Part shown: positions 41,749-53,978 of the stretch, in pieces | Layout of the letters: the number at the start of each line of letters is the position of its first letter | How positions within the stretch are numbered: the first letter of the stretch is position 1 | Assembly (NCBI GenBank): GCA_951406725.2 | Contig: OX597817.1 | Location: forward strand, 56,110,001 to 56,174,000 | Length of the DNA: 64,000 bases | Origin: Octopus vulgaris | Lineage: Eukaryota | Direction of reading: 5' to 3' | Translations under genes and position numbers: made by a program | Notes under the pieces: model-generated | What the model was told of the DNA's origin: nothing | The model's input: the letters and a program-made list of their open reading frames with translations, nothing else | Databases searched by the model: none

Positions 41749-42764
41749 AACTTACTTGGAAGAGAAAGCGTGGCGTTCAATCATATAATAGTATAAATAA
41801 TATGTATGTATATACATATATATGCATATATACATACGTATATATACATACATCTATACGTATATATATATGCATATGTGGGCACAGGACTTCACGAAAC
41901 GTGTACAACAAAAAATATGAAGAACGAGTACATGGAACATGAAATATTCTTTCGAACAACGGAAGACACAAATGGAAAACAAAACAAAGAACGACCCTTC
42001 ATCAATTGTTGTCTGTTTCTCTACTTTCATATTTCGAGCATTTAACCACAATATACGCTTTCGATAAAACAGTTGGTCCCGCAAAGCAAATGAAATAAAA
42101 TTTGGGATTTTGCAGAGGGTCAAAATTGGTAACACAAACAGGATAGTGAAAACAAACAGGAAGAGCTGCTAAGCATAGACGAGGTTGTGGTGGCTAACGT
42201 GCAAATCAAGCTTGGACAGCAGACAAACAAGAACACGTCTTACTTGTTCTAGCTACAACGGAGAAAAAAAAAGAAACACAAGTTAGGAAAAGAAAGAAAG
42301 ATGGCCGATTATCACGAGGGAACCACGTGATGTATGTAGGTATGTACGTGAAAAGTGTATGTAAGTTGTAGAACACGAATTTTCTTGTCATTTAACGATA
42401 TTCCACGAGAAAACGATTCATTAAAACAACAACAACATTCTGTGAGAGTCAAAATGTTTATCTGGAACAGTGTATTGATGTGTTAAATATCTGTTACCTA
42501 AATCTATTTAGCACACTAAAATAGGATATTGGTTAACTAAATCAACACGCTCGTCGCCTGGCAACAAATCATATAGGCCTCCAGGTAATTTCGTTATTAT
42601 GCAATTTGATTTCGTTAACTAATGTCCCATATTAGTGCGCTAAATAGATTTCAACGCCATAGATATTATAGACATAGATACATGTGTGTGTTCCAGTGTA
42701 TCTCTGTGTATGTAAGTATATATGTCTATATATGTATGAGTGTACGTGTATGAATGTATATAGG

Positions 42765-42986
42765 ACGGGGTGTGGCGAAAGTTTCCTGGCTTCATGGGTG
42801 TCGTGAAAGGCCTGGTTGGAGGCCAAACCTTCCGAGGTCTTTTGCAGGGATTAGAAACAACTGAAGGAGCGCTGCAATAAGTGTGTCAATCTGAGAGGGG
42901 AATATATTGAGTAAAATTATAATTAAATAATCTTCCTGTATTTTCTTTTACTCAAAACCATGATCTTTTCGGCACCTCCCGGGGTA
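42765..42986 (+). mobile_element. Mariner-derived MITE
   Basis: Imperfect TIRs (CGGGGTGTGGCGAAAGTTTCCTGG / CCATGATCTTTTCGGCACCTCCCG) enclose QLKERCNKCVNLRGEYIE*, a mariner C-terminus. Confidence 0.7.
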
Positions 42987-43870
42987 CATATATAAAATAC
43001 ACACATACAAATATATATAGTTTTAAATATACATTGTTGTTCATCTCAGTCATCAGAGTTCAGCCACGCTGAGGCATCGCCTTAAATGGCTTTAGTCGTT
43101 CACATGAATCTCAGTACTTATTTTCTCGATTGACAGTTATCGCACCGCTAAGTTACGGATCATAAACACAGACTTATTCCTGAAACAGTATGAAACGTGT
43201 AGTCAAGCATAGAGACATTGTTTTGAGCTGAGTTGGGGGTGCTAGATACCCTTGTTCGAAAATATAAGGACACAAATCGTATCGTATAGCCAGCTGTAGA
43301 CGATGGCTCCTAGGGCTAAATTACAGCAACATTCGTCCTAAAACAGGTTTGCCAGGTTATGTTGGCATACAATCTTTATTACAATATAGAATTTGTTTTG
43401 TCTTGGGAGAGACATTATACCAGTAATAGTAATAACACACGCACATGTTCAATTCCACAATGACTCCTCCAAGGCACAACAAAATTTGTTTCAACATATG
43501 AAATAACATCAAGAATCTTACAATCCTAATAGAAAAATGAAATATAGAATTGATTCTTGACCAATTTCGTTTCATATTTTGTCTGAAAATCGATAAACAT
43601 GAGTCGACAAAAAAATTATCGATAAAATAGAATCCTTCAACATACAGAGAATTCAAAAATTACCAGGATTCAAAATCCAATTTGAGTATATTTTTAGGTT
43701 TTATAAATCGAAGAATTTCACATAATGAAGAGCACGTGTTTCCTGTCTTTACTGCTAACTATGGATTCTTTTGGAAGAAGGAACCAAATTGGCAAATGCC
43801 GAATTATATGTTTTTTGCCATTAAACACACACACACACACACAGAGGCATTCATATACATACATAGATGC

Positions 43871-43912
<42 letters not shown>

Positions 43913-44075
43913 TATACATAATATAAATATACATCAAAACACACTCATACACACACACACATATATATGTACATTTGTACATGTGTGAGCATGTGTGTGC
44001 GCGCATGTTTCATATATGTAACTACATAGATAGGTAGGTATGAAGGAAGGTCGAAAGGCCTGTAGGTAGGTGTGA

Positions 44076-44104
<29 letters not shown>

Positions 44105-44106
<2 letters not shown>

Positions 44107-45088
44107 CTTTGATACTTTGATAGGTTTCGGCCATTATTGGCCCAGGCCATGTCTAACTTAATAGCACCACCTGGTGAAGTCTTTCAAGTCAGAATTTGGG
44201 CACTATGGCCCACTCAAGTAGAGAGTTATTGTTTACAGAGACATATCCGGGTGTAGGGGGTTTATCCGGGATTTCTTGAAGGAATCTGTCCAAAGACTTC
44301 TTGAACCCTATAGGGTCAGTTTCTGTTTTAATGTGTTTTGGTGTAATGTTAAAGAGAGCGGGGCCAATTGAGGTGAAATAATTGTGCCGTATTGTTGTTA
44401 TGAGATGAGAGTGCGATTTTTGTTTTGGGCGGATGGCACGAGGCCCAAGCCTTGGATGTACCTTAAAGGTGATGCCAACATCATTTGGGCAATGCTGATG
44501 GAATATTTTCCACATCATGCAGATGATGTAGCGCTCACGACGACGTTGGAGAGAATAGAGTTTTAGCTTTTCTAGTCGACCCCAATAGTCGAGGCCTGTC
44601 ATGCCATCTATCTTTTTTGTGATTGCCCTTTGAGGTGCTTCGACTTTTATGATACCTTGTATTGTGTGGGGAGACCACAGTGGACAACAGTATTCAAGGT
44701 GGGGTCGGGCAAAAGTGGAGAAGAGAAGGATAATGGTGTGGATATCTCTCGACTGGAAAGTTCTGAGAATCCAGGAACACATTCTGCGGGCCATGTCAAC
44801 TTTGGTGTTTATATGAGTGGCCCAGCTTACGTTGTTGTCCACAATTACTCCCAAGTCTCTGATGTTGTTGGACGCCGCGAGAGTTTCACCTGAAGGAAGG
44901 GAGTATGGGAGTTTCAGGGCATCCTCTTTTCCAAAGTGGATTAGCTCAAATTTATCCTCGTTCAGCGGCATATTGTTTTTTTCTGCCCATTGGATAACAG
45001 CCAGTAGATCTGACTGAAGGCATGTCCGGTCACTCGCCTCATTTATGACCTTCTGTAGCTTGGAGTCATCTGCAAAGATTTTTATGTT
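44105..45088 (-). mobile_element. 5'-truncated CR1-group LINE (C-terminal RT region, short 3' UTR and tail)
   Basis: Open frame KIFADDSKL...WAEKNNMPLNEDKFELIHFG...RDLGVIVD...RPHLEYCCPLWSPH...RLEKLKLYSLQRRRER, stop at 44189. The 3' UTR has a GGCC-AATAAT-GGCC hairpin and an (ATCAAAGT)2 tail. (TA)n lies on both sides. Confidence 0.9.
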
Positions 45089-45103
45089 ATATATATATAT
45101 GTT

Positions 45104-45163
<60 letters not shown>

Positions 45164-45268
45164 TATATATATATGCATATATATATATATAATTACATAC
45201 ATATATACATATATATACATACATATACATATATATTTCATATATATATATGTATGTGTATTTATGTA

Positions 45269-45306
<38 letters not shown>

Positions 45307-45435
45307 CGGAGGGCTGTTAGTCGTGCTAATCCACCAATAAGGTTTATCTACCAAATGCTGTGTTGAGCATTTATTCTCACTTTGAGATACAATCCTATCT
45401 CTCTCTCACTCCCTCTCTCTTTCTCCACATATATG

Positions 45436-45475
<40 letters not shown>

Positions 45476-48400
45476 CTAGCAGCATAGCCCGGCGTTGCCC
45501 GGGTCTGTAAGAGCCCCTAGTAGGCAACGACTAATCCCAATGTAGTCCTTTCCCTCCAGGGAACGAAGGTGCATGTGGACGTTGCAATGTCTTGTCTTCA
45601 CTGGAATACTTCTGTATATACGATGTTCCTAGCTGTCCGTTTGGGCGAAAACATGAAAACATCATTGCGCCTCCCAACGCGTGAACAGCCCACGTAGAGT
45701 TGACCGTGGGCGAAGCACTGTTCGCCCAAATGTAACCCAGCGACTTGTAGCGTTTGGCCTTGGGATTTATTGATGGACATTGCGAAGCAGAGTTTAACAG
45801 GAAACTGAGAACGCCTGAAGTGGATTGGTAGGTCAGCGCCCGACGGTTGAAGGTGCATCCGTGGAATGAAGACGTCCTCTCCCTTCCCACAACCGGTAAG
45901 TATTGTGGCCGTTATTAAATGTGGTGCCAAATGTTTCACAACCAAACGTGTGCCGTTGCACTGTTTAGGTGGAACCAAATTCCTGATGAGCATAATGGGC
46001 GCACCGACTTTTAACTTCAGGATGTGTGGTGGCAGGCCTGGCGGTTCAAGTGAATTCAGGAATTCAACAGGATAATCGGCAAGCTGGGCGGGGTCTGCTG
46101 TCCTATCTATAGATTTGTAGACGTGGACATCACCAGGAATAGCTTCAAGTAGCTGGATATTGATGGAGTTGACGGTTGTATTTTGGGGTGCGAGAATAGC
46201 TCTGCCTGCCAGCCATTTTAGGTCGCGTAAATTGTTTTGTAGGTCGTGGAAGACAGCGTCCCGGAGGATAGCAGGGGTGTCGACAATGGTGCAAAGTGAG
46301 TCCAATTGAACGTAGCCATCCGCATCAGACAGCATCCTATTTTCACCGAGCGATAAGAGGTCCCTGGAGAATGCAGCGGATCCGCTGTCACCAATTAACT
46401 GCGCGCACATGTTAGCTTGGAGGTGCAAGGGCCGCACATGTGCCCAAAGAGCTGACGACTTAAGGCACGCGCGCACGGCATCGGCACGGGTTCCTTTTGG
46501 AATAACAGGTAGAGTCTGCCTGAAGTCTCCTGAAAGAAGTAAAGTTAATCCTCCCATGGGGGCCATAGAGTCTCTGATGTCTTGCAGGGACCTGTCCAGT
46601 GCCTCAAGGGCGCCTTTGTGTGCCATAGTGCACTCGTCCCATACGATGAGTTTGCATCTGCGCAGAATGTCGGCCTGTTCTGAGTTCTTGGCGATGTTGC
46701 AGATAGGTGACTCGGACTTTGCCAGATCGAGCGGGAGTCTGAAGGCAGAGTGGGCGGTTCTGCCACCCGGAAGCAACGTGGCCGCGATACCAGAGGAAGC
46801 TACAGCCAGGGCAATGTCCGTGTTGTGTCTGACCTCTGCCAGAATTAGTTTAGTGACGAAGGTTTTGCCAGTGCCGCCGGGTGCATCAAGGAAGAAAATC
46901 CCCCCACGTTGCTGTCTGACAGAGTCTACGATGGTGTTGTAGGCTATGCGCTGGTCTGGAAGCAGCCGTGGTTCATTATCTTGGACGTACTGGTGCAGTT
47001 CCTCAATGCAGTAGGAAGTTTCGCGTAACAATTCAACAGACATAACATTGGCGTGTTCACGTGTGGGTGGTGGAAGGCCGTACTCTGTTAAAGCAGACCC
47101 ACCCATATCGATGACAGCGTCTTCGAGTTGAATGAGCGCAAAATTGTAAATGAAGTTGGTGAACGTGATCTCGGCGGAAGGGCAGTGTTGCTGAGCCGTA
47201 CGTAAGAAGTCGTGCGACATGTCATCCCTGTATTTCATCCAGAGACTTAGTGGATCACTAAGCTGACATTTTTGAAGAAGGATTGCGAAAAGATGTCGTA
47301 GGGCCGAATGCGTTTGCAGTAAAGCACCCTCTGCCATCGTGGCGTCCCACTGGGAGTCATCCTCTAGAAGGCCAAGTCTCATACATGCTTCCCTGAAGGT
47401 GTCGCACAGAACCCCATTGACGGTACGTATATTGGCGAAACCTGTTGGACCAGTGACCTCATGTAGAAGGAGACGGAGGTAGAAGCATTCTTGTTGGTTT
47501 GGCGGGATGTTGTAAACTCGACCCAGGCAGGAGTCAAACTTGACGCCTGGGAAGCTTTCGACGTTTTTGCCGGATTTCCGTCGAACCCAGGTGTTTTTAG
47601 ACCACACGAAGTACGATGGGACCTGTGGGTACAAAAGCGTTCGAGCGAAGTCATCACGTTGGCATAATTTGAAGAAACCAGTCAACGTTGTGTCTTTAGG
47701 GCTGGTGGCTATCTGCACAGCACTTTGCTCTGTGAAGTAAATCCGCTGTCCATTTTCCAAGTGTACAGCAAGCTGCACCACAGCCGGGTGTCTCTGATGG
47801 AGCGGGAAGCCGTAAATGCGCCAAAACGCTTCGTTGCTGCTGAGGTACCGGCCAGCCAAGTAGTTGGACACTTCGTCACGACTGGTGGTCCTCTGGATGC
47901 TGAACATGGCAGCATCGCTGCCTTTGTTGATATATTTGCAGACATATTGTATTGACCTGATGGAACTGCAGAACTCAACGTTGACGTGGGCTTTGAATAT
48001 CTTCGACAGGAGAGGACAGTAGGGGACAATGTAGCTGTTGTCCACTTGATGTCGCCCAACCGTAATCGTGCGGCCTCCATTGGCTGGACTCCTTCGTTTG
48101 TACAGCGGATACCCATCGCCGCCTGTTTGAGTCTCCAAAGTGAACCGTTTAGGGAATCCCTTTGAGCAGGCTAATCCGTTTTTGTAGCATGGTGTGTTGG
48201 CGTAATTTGGTCCACAGGGCCCGTGTACCATGGTAGTGCGGACAATTTCGTAGAGTCCGGGGTCCTCATCGGGGTCAGGAATCTCGGCGGAAATGAATTT
48301 GTCAATGTCATTAGTCTCGATTTTATGAGTGAGCCAAATTAAGATGTGAGCATGTGGCAAGCCCGTCTTTTGCCACTCGACCGAAAACATGTGGCACCTG

Positions 48401-51400
48401 ACATGCCCGAAAATCTGACCCTTAACTATCAAATCCTTCATTTTGCCCAAATTCAGACGGAAAACCCAAGCAACGATGTCGTGTCGATGGGTGTGAGATT
48501 GACCCGGGAGGCGTTCGCGAGTGATTTCGTCGCAGCTGGGATTGCACGTGTAGGTGATAAAGAGGTCCGGCCGGCCGTAAATGCGCACGTAGGTCAAGGC
48601 GTCTTGGGTCCTTTCACGCATATATCGCGGTCCTCCCGTGAAGGTGGAGGGTAGAATGCATGGCTTGCCGATGTTGCGAGGGTCATTTTCTTGTTGCAAA
48701 CCGTCACGGAGATGAATGTAGGAGTCGGAGCGAAGTTTGGCCTGATTAAGTTTAACGTATAGCAGCCTTTCCGATTCCATTTTTGCGGCCATGTCGACGG
48801 CGAACTGGTTGAATAGCTGACGACAACGGGGCAATAAGTTGAACTCACCCTCCCTGACCATGAACCGGTATGAGTAGAACGCCCTGTAGGAAACCGTCTT
48901 TGATGCCGCAGTAGTTTGATTGAAGGGCTGCCGTAAAGGAATTCCGAAGTGGTAGCCGTCTTCCCCATAAGGGAAAAGCAATGGATACTGAAGCGCGTCA
49001 TAAGATCTGTGAGTCTCGCTGATCCTGTGTAGGTTGTTACCACGGGAGGAGATGATTATGTCACGGCTGTTGTGTTGCTCTTCGTGTATGACTGCGGCAA
49101 TTTCGTTGCACGCAGGTGCGTTGAAACGGCGTTCGTGCTCCCCGTGGGGTCGTTTATCAGCATCAATGACAACGGTGAAGTTTGGAGATGGAGCACTGTC
49201 CAAGGCATATCTGAAGCTGCAGACGTAGCTGTTGATATCATGAAGCATGGTTTGGAGACGGAGAAGAATGTCTTTGCGGGGAACATAGCTTGTACCCGGT
49301 ATTATTCCAAGGCGTGCATCAACCTGGTGGTTGTAGTCGGCAATGAAGTATATTTGGAGGAAAGAAGACTGCTGAATCTCGTCTGGCAGAAGTGACCTAA
49401 TAAGATGGTAGACCTGTCCCTGCACTTTGAAAGTAGGCATCCAGCCTTCTCTGGGAGGAATTTTGGCCCCGAAAGAGGTCATTTGGAATGAGCAGTTGTA
49501 CTTTCGAATTATTTCAAGGAATTGTGACGAATCGGGGGTTAAACCCGCTGCGAGATCCTTCAGTGGTTGAGGTGGTTCCCGTAGGGGTGGCAGGTCCACT
49601 TTGCCACCAGAGCAGCACAAACCAGGTGGCTCTCCGGGCCATTTCTTGGCTTTGCAAAACTGGCATACAATTATCATTGACCCTATCTTGATGTCGTCAC
49701 GCAAGGAGAAGTTAATTGTGGCGTCGTAGTTGAATGCTAGTGACAACCAGAAAGCGGGGGCAGGGGTACGTACACCACGAATGATATCCCGACGTTTGTT
49801 GATACTCTCAAGTCGAGTGCACCGTGCCTCAGCAGATTCAGATGCACGTGCGACAGCGGTAGCAGTGGCATCCCTTGAAAGCCTTTCAGCTCTCGCCTCA
49901 GCACCCTCTGAAGCCCTAGCAGAAGCAGTGCTAATGGCATGTCTGGATGTCCGAATAGTCCGTTGGTGTGGAGTTTCGGCAGATCGAGCCCTGGCTGTTT
50001 GCGGCGTTAGCAGCTTGGCGAGCTCTCCTCTGTTGAGGTGTTTCGGCAGCTTTGGCCATGGCTTTGTTTGCGGCGTCAGCACATTGGCGAGTTCTCCTCT
50101 GCTGTGAGGTTTCGACAGATCATGTCCTGGCGGTGCTAGTGGCGTTAGCCGCATTCCGAATGGCCCTTTGTTCGGGGTTCTCGCGAGCTCTGCGGATGGA
50201 AGCACAGTAAGAAGCCCGCATGTTTTGGCTGGACTGTTGCTCTTTCGTCAACCTCGAGCGGAGGGAAGATCTGTACGCTGCGACCCTTGCAAGTCGGGTA
50301 GAACGGTCGCTAGTAGTTTCAGATGCCTGAGCAGCGGCATAACGGGAAGCTGTTTGCGAGAGGCGCAAGGCGGTTTCCTCGTGGGTCTCGCGTGCCCTTC
50401 TAGCCCTAGCAGCCGATGCCTTGGCCGTCCGAGGGCTGAGGAGGGTCCTTCTCTTCTTGGGTGGCATTTTGGTGGATAGCAATGTGTTTGGCAAAGGTGT
50501 AATAAAAAGGAACACGTGGGGTAAGTATTTTGGTGGATAGCAATGTGTTTGGTAAAGGTGTAATAAAAAGGAGCTCGTGGGGTAAGTATCCGAAAATGTA
50601 TAAAAATGTACAAAAACGGCCAAAAAGCTGGCAGCAATGTGAGTGACAACAACGAAAAAGTCAAAAGTGATCAAACTGAACAAACGAAAGGAAAAGTTTT
50701 TTGATGCACACGACAAAAGTGGTTTATAATAAACCAAGAGTTTGCAAGTAGCGTCCGAGGACCGTTAGGGTACGTCAAAAATTGAAGGTAAAACGTTTGG
50801 GGTGGTAGTTATAAAGAAAGTTTAAACAAATAAAGTATTCGAATAACTTGCGGCTGCAGCAGCTATTAGCAGAAGTGGCGGTGTTGGGGGTAAAGTCTCG
50901 AATGTAATTTCTTCCTGGTAGGAATTGGTTGGATCGAATTATCGATAGCTAAAAAGGTCAAGTTGCGTCCCCTAGACAGTCTGGTTTGTGTTTAATACAC
51001 AAATTTGTTTGCTATGTGTGCCACATATGATTAAATTAACCGATTTTTTCCAATAATGTATCCTATTGGAATAAAAAGGGCTATATAGCTCCTTGGAGCA
51101 GACATGATGCTCGTTGTGAAAAAAAAAAAAGATTCCTGCCAATTTGTGAAAGATATTGTCGAAAATATGTCATCTTGAATTTGAACGCGATTTCCCAAAA
51201 TGGCATGATTTTATCGATTGTTTCTGATGGTAAGGTATTGCATGGAAAACTAAAGTCAGAATTGAGTTTCTTAGGGTAACATTAAGCTTCACCATGAGTT
51301 TGGTGAAAATCGATTGCAAGTCGTGAAAACTATAGATAATGCGTTGCATAAAAAAGCTTAGATTCTCGAGTTGCGTCCCCTAGACAGTCTGTGGTTCATG

Positions 51401-51609
51401 TTTATGATTCTCGACCCCATGTCGAATTTATCAATTTTTTTCAGAACTGGGGGAACTTTTCAAAATTTTCGCTGCGTTAGTTTTGAATTATGACATTGGG
51501 CTATGTGTGTGTCAAGTTTCATCAGAATCGGTTGAAAGCCGTGGTCAGGGTGAGGGTACGAGAAAACAGACACACAGAAGCACGCACAGACAAACTGCCG
51601 TTTATATAT

Positions 51610-51614
<5 letters not shown>
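45476..51614 (-). mobile_element. Full-length Helitron (rolling-circle transposon), ~6.1 kb, inserted in an (AT)n array
   Basis: On the minus strand it starts A|TCTCTATATATAAA (5' TC at 51614) and ends CCCGG-GCAACG-CCGGG hairpin ... CTAG|T (CTAG at 45476-45479). It is inserted between A and T, as Helitrons do, and contains the Rep/helicase ORF. Confidence 0.95.
45598..50205 (-). CDS. Helitron Rep/Pif1-like helicase transposase. The core is intact. The true N-terminus probably starts at ATG 50467 and is disrupted.
   Basis: Zn-finger CQFC...LCC. Rep motifs YGRPDLFITYTCNP, VEWQKTGLPHAHILIW (HUH) and YVCKYINKG (two Tyr). SF1/Pif1 motifs LDAPGGTGKT, IVWDECTM, GDFRQTLPV, MSINKSQGQT and HGQLYVGCSRV. 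Confidence 0.95.
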   Translation of the reverse strand: MLPSAELARTPNKGPFGMRLTPLAPPGHDLSKPHSRGELANVLTPQTKPWPKLPKHLNRGELAKLLTPQTARARSAETPHQRTIRTSRHAISTASARASEGAEARAERLSRDATATAVARASESAEARCTRLESINKRRDIIRGVRTPAPAFWLSLAFNYDATINFSLRDDIKIGSMIIVCQFCKAKKWPGEPPGLCCSGGKVDLPPLREPPQPLKDLAAGLTPDSSQFLEIIRKYNCSFQMTSFGAKIPPREGWMPTFKVQGQVYHLIRSLLPDEIQQSSFLQIYFIADYNHQVDARLGIIPGTSYVPRKDILLRLQTMLHDINSYVCSFRYALDSAPSPNFTVVIDADKRPHGEHERRFNAPACNEIAAVIHEEQHNSRDIIISSRGNNLHRISETHRSYDALQYPLLFPYGEDGYHFGIPLRQPFNQTTAASKTVSYRAFYSYRFMVREGEFNLLPRCRQLFNQFAVDMAAKMESERLLYVKLNQAKLRSDSYIHLRDGLQQENDPRNIGKPCILPSTFTGGPRYMRERTQDALTYVRIYGRPDLFITYTCNPSCDEITRERLPGQSHTHRHDIVAWVFRLNLGKMKDLIVKGQIFGHVRCHMFSVEWQKTGLPHAHILIWLTHKIETNDIDKFISAEIPDPDEDPGLYEIVRTTMVHGPCGPNYANTPCYKNGLACSKGFPKRFTLETQTGGDGYPLYKRRSPANGGRTITVGRHQVDNSYIVPYCPLLSKIFKAHVNVEFCSSIRSIQYVCKYINKGSDAAMFSIQRTTSRDEVSNYLAGRYLSSNEAFWRIYGFPLHQRHPAVVQLAVHLENGQRIYFTEQSAVQIATSPKDTTLTGFFKLCQRDDFARTLLYPQVPSYFVWSKNTWVRRKSGKNVESFPGVKFDSCLGRVYNIPPNQQECFYLRLLLHEVTGPTGFANIRTVNGVLCDTFREACMRLGLLEDDSQWDATMAEGALLQTHSALRHLFAILLQKCQLSDPLSLWMKYRDDMSHDFLRTAQQHCPSAEITFTNFIYNFALIQLEDAVIDMGGSALTEYGLPPPTREHANVMSVELLRETSYCIEELHQYVQDNEPRLLPDQRIAYNTIVDSVRQQRGGIFFLDAPGGTGKTFVTKLILAEVRHNTDIALAVASSGIAATLLPGGRTAHSAFRLPLDLAKSESPICNIAKNSEQADILRRCKLIVWDECTMAHKGALEALDRSLQDIRDSMAPMGGLTLLLSGDFRQTLPVIPKGTRADAVRACLKSSALWAHVRPLHLQANMCAQLIGDSGSAAFSRDLLSLGENRMLSDADGYVQLDSLCTIVDTPAILRDAVFHDLQNNLRDLKWLAGRAILAPQNTTVNSINIQLLEAIPGDVHVYKSIDRTADPAQLADYPVEFLNSLEPPGLPPHILKLKVGAPIMLIRNLVPPKQCNGTRLVVKHLAPHLITATILTGCGKGEDVFIPRMHLQPSGADLPIHFRRSQFPVKLCFAMSINKSQGQTLQVAGLHLGEQCFAHGQLYVGCSRVGRRNDVFMFSPKRTARNIVYTEVFQ

Positions 51615-51668
<54 letters not shown>

Positions 51669-51968
51669 TGTGTGTGTGTGTGTGTGTGTGTTTGTATGTT
51701 TGTTCAAACTACAGACCTCTAAACACTTCAATCCCCTCCTTTATGATAGCCAAACCCCTACTCGCCCTCCTCCCGTTCGTTACTTTACCCCACGCAAATA
51801 TATCGATATTTACATCCCCAGCTTAGCATCGACCTCTCTACCACACTCTGCGTCACTCTACTTTATTTACACCGGTTTTACACCGAGTTTCTATAAATTC
51901 AAAACACCGCAGTCAATGCGTCTTATCAGCATTATATACCATTATATACACGCATACATACGTGCGTA

Positions 51969-52042
<74 letters not shown>

Positions 52043-52151
52043 CATACATACATACATACATACATACATACATACATACATGCATACATACATACATATG
52101 TATGTATGTATATATATATATATATATATACAAGCATATATTTATAAATAT

Positions 52152-52186
<35 letters not shown>

Positions 52187-52208
52187 CATATAATTAAATG
52201 CAACACAC

Positions 52209-52282
<74 letters not shown>

Positions 52283-52373
52283 TACATATATATCTAGAGG
52301 GAGAAAGAGAATTTATACAAGTGTAAATATAAATATTTAAATATATATATATATATATATATATACATACATA

Positions 52374-52434
<61 letters not shown>

Positions 52435-52537
52435 ATATATATATGCATATATGTATATATATATATACGTACATGTATGTATGTATATATAAACACATAC
52501 ATAGGTACACACACGCACAAACTCGAACACACACATG

Positions 52538-52586
<49 letters not shown>

Positions 52587-53143
52587 ACGTATGTATGTAT
52601 GTTATGACGACGTGGTATTATGTTTAAATCTGGAAGTAGATCAATAGAGAACAAGAGAGTTAACAAATATCCCCACAATGAACGCTAATGAGGTGTATTT
52701 AGATATAAATCCTTCTCGTCTTTCATTTCGCAAGCTTCTTTCCTATCTTCTGTTTTGTTGTTGTTGTTGATGTTGGAGCAGTTACTACTGCTGCTACTGC
52801 TGCTGCTGCTGTTATTGTTGTTGGTGTTGTTGGTGTTGTTGTTTGATGATGTTGCTGTCTTTGTGGTTGTCTTTGCTTTTCGCTTCTTTTTCTCTTTTTC
52901 CTTTCCATCCCACTGCTTCCTTGCCTTCTTTCTTTCTTTCTTTCTTTCTTTCTTCTTTCTTTTTCTCTCTCTTTATTCATTTCTTTCTCTCTGTCTTTCT
53001 CTCCTCTCTATCTTGCTTCCTGCTTCTGTGATTTTGTGGTGATTCCAATTTTATACATACACCCATACACACATATATACACACATACATATATACATTG
53101 CATATTCACACATATATTTACATCCACTCATATATCTGTATGC

Positions 53144-53194
<51 letters not shown>

Positions 53195-53195
53195 T

Positions 53196-53234
<39 letters not shown>

Positions 53235-53250
53235 TATACATACATATATA

Positions 53251-53281
<31 letters not shown>

Positions 53282-53883
53282 ATGTATGTATGTATGTATG
53301 TATGTATGTATGTATATACATGTGTGTGTGTGTATATATATATGTATAATATATACGAGTGTGTATGCATGTGTGTGCGTGTATTGATGTGTGTACCACT
53401 GTGGTTTGTTGACATGGAATCCTATTTCACCACCAACAACAACAGTAGTAGCAACAACAGCAACAACAACAATACCGACAATACCAAAACTAACACCAGA
53501 AGCAACCACAAAATAACAACAACAACAACAACAGCAGCAACAACCGAAAATCTATTTAACAAGCATCTCTGAAATCTAAGCATGGCCACCGAATGAAGCG
53601 AAATGATGGCAGGATGAGGGGATTAAAGTAGGTTAAAGATAATAAATATGTCCTATATTGTACGGAGGAGAGAATGACAAACAGACAGACAGAGAGATAC
53701 CCACTTCCACCTTCACCTTACAACTATCACTACCACCACCACAACTACTACTACCTATACCATCTCTGTCAGTATGACTGTTATGTCCTATACTGTTTGA
53801 AAGGGAAACTGACAAACGGATAAAGACAGCCATCGACATCGTCGCTTTCAAAACGACCATTGGCACCACCAACAACAACAACA

Positions 53884-53978
<95 letters not shown>

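Noticed and set aside
45089-45241. N-terminal ~50 aa of the 350-aa ORF
   Set aside because: This is (TA)n/(TC)n flank read in frame. The LINE itself begins near 45088.
46409-49395. Plus-strand and alternative-frame ORFs over the Helitron
   Set aside because: These are shadow ORFs of a GC-rich coding sequence.
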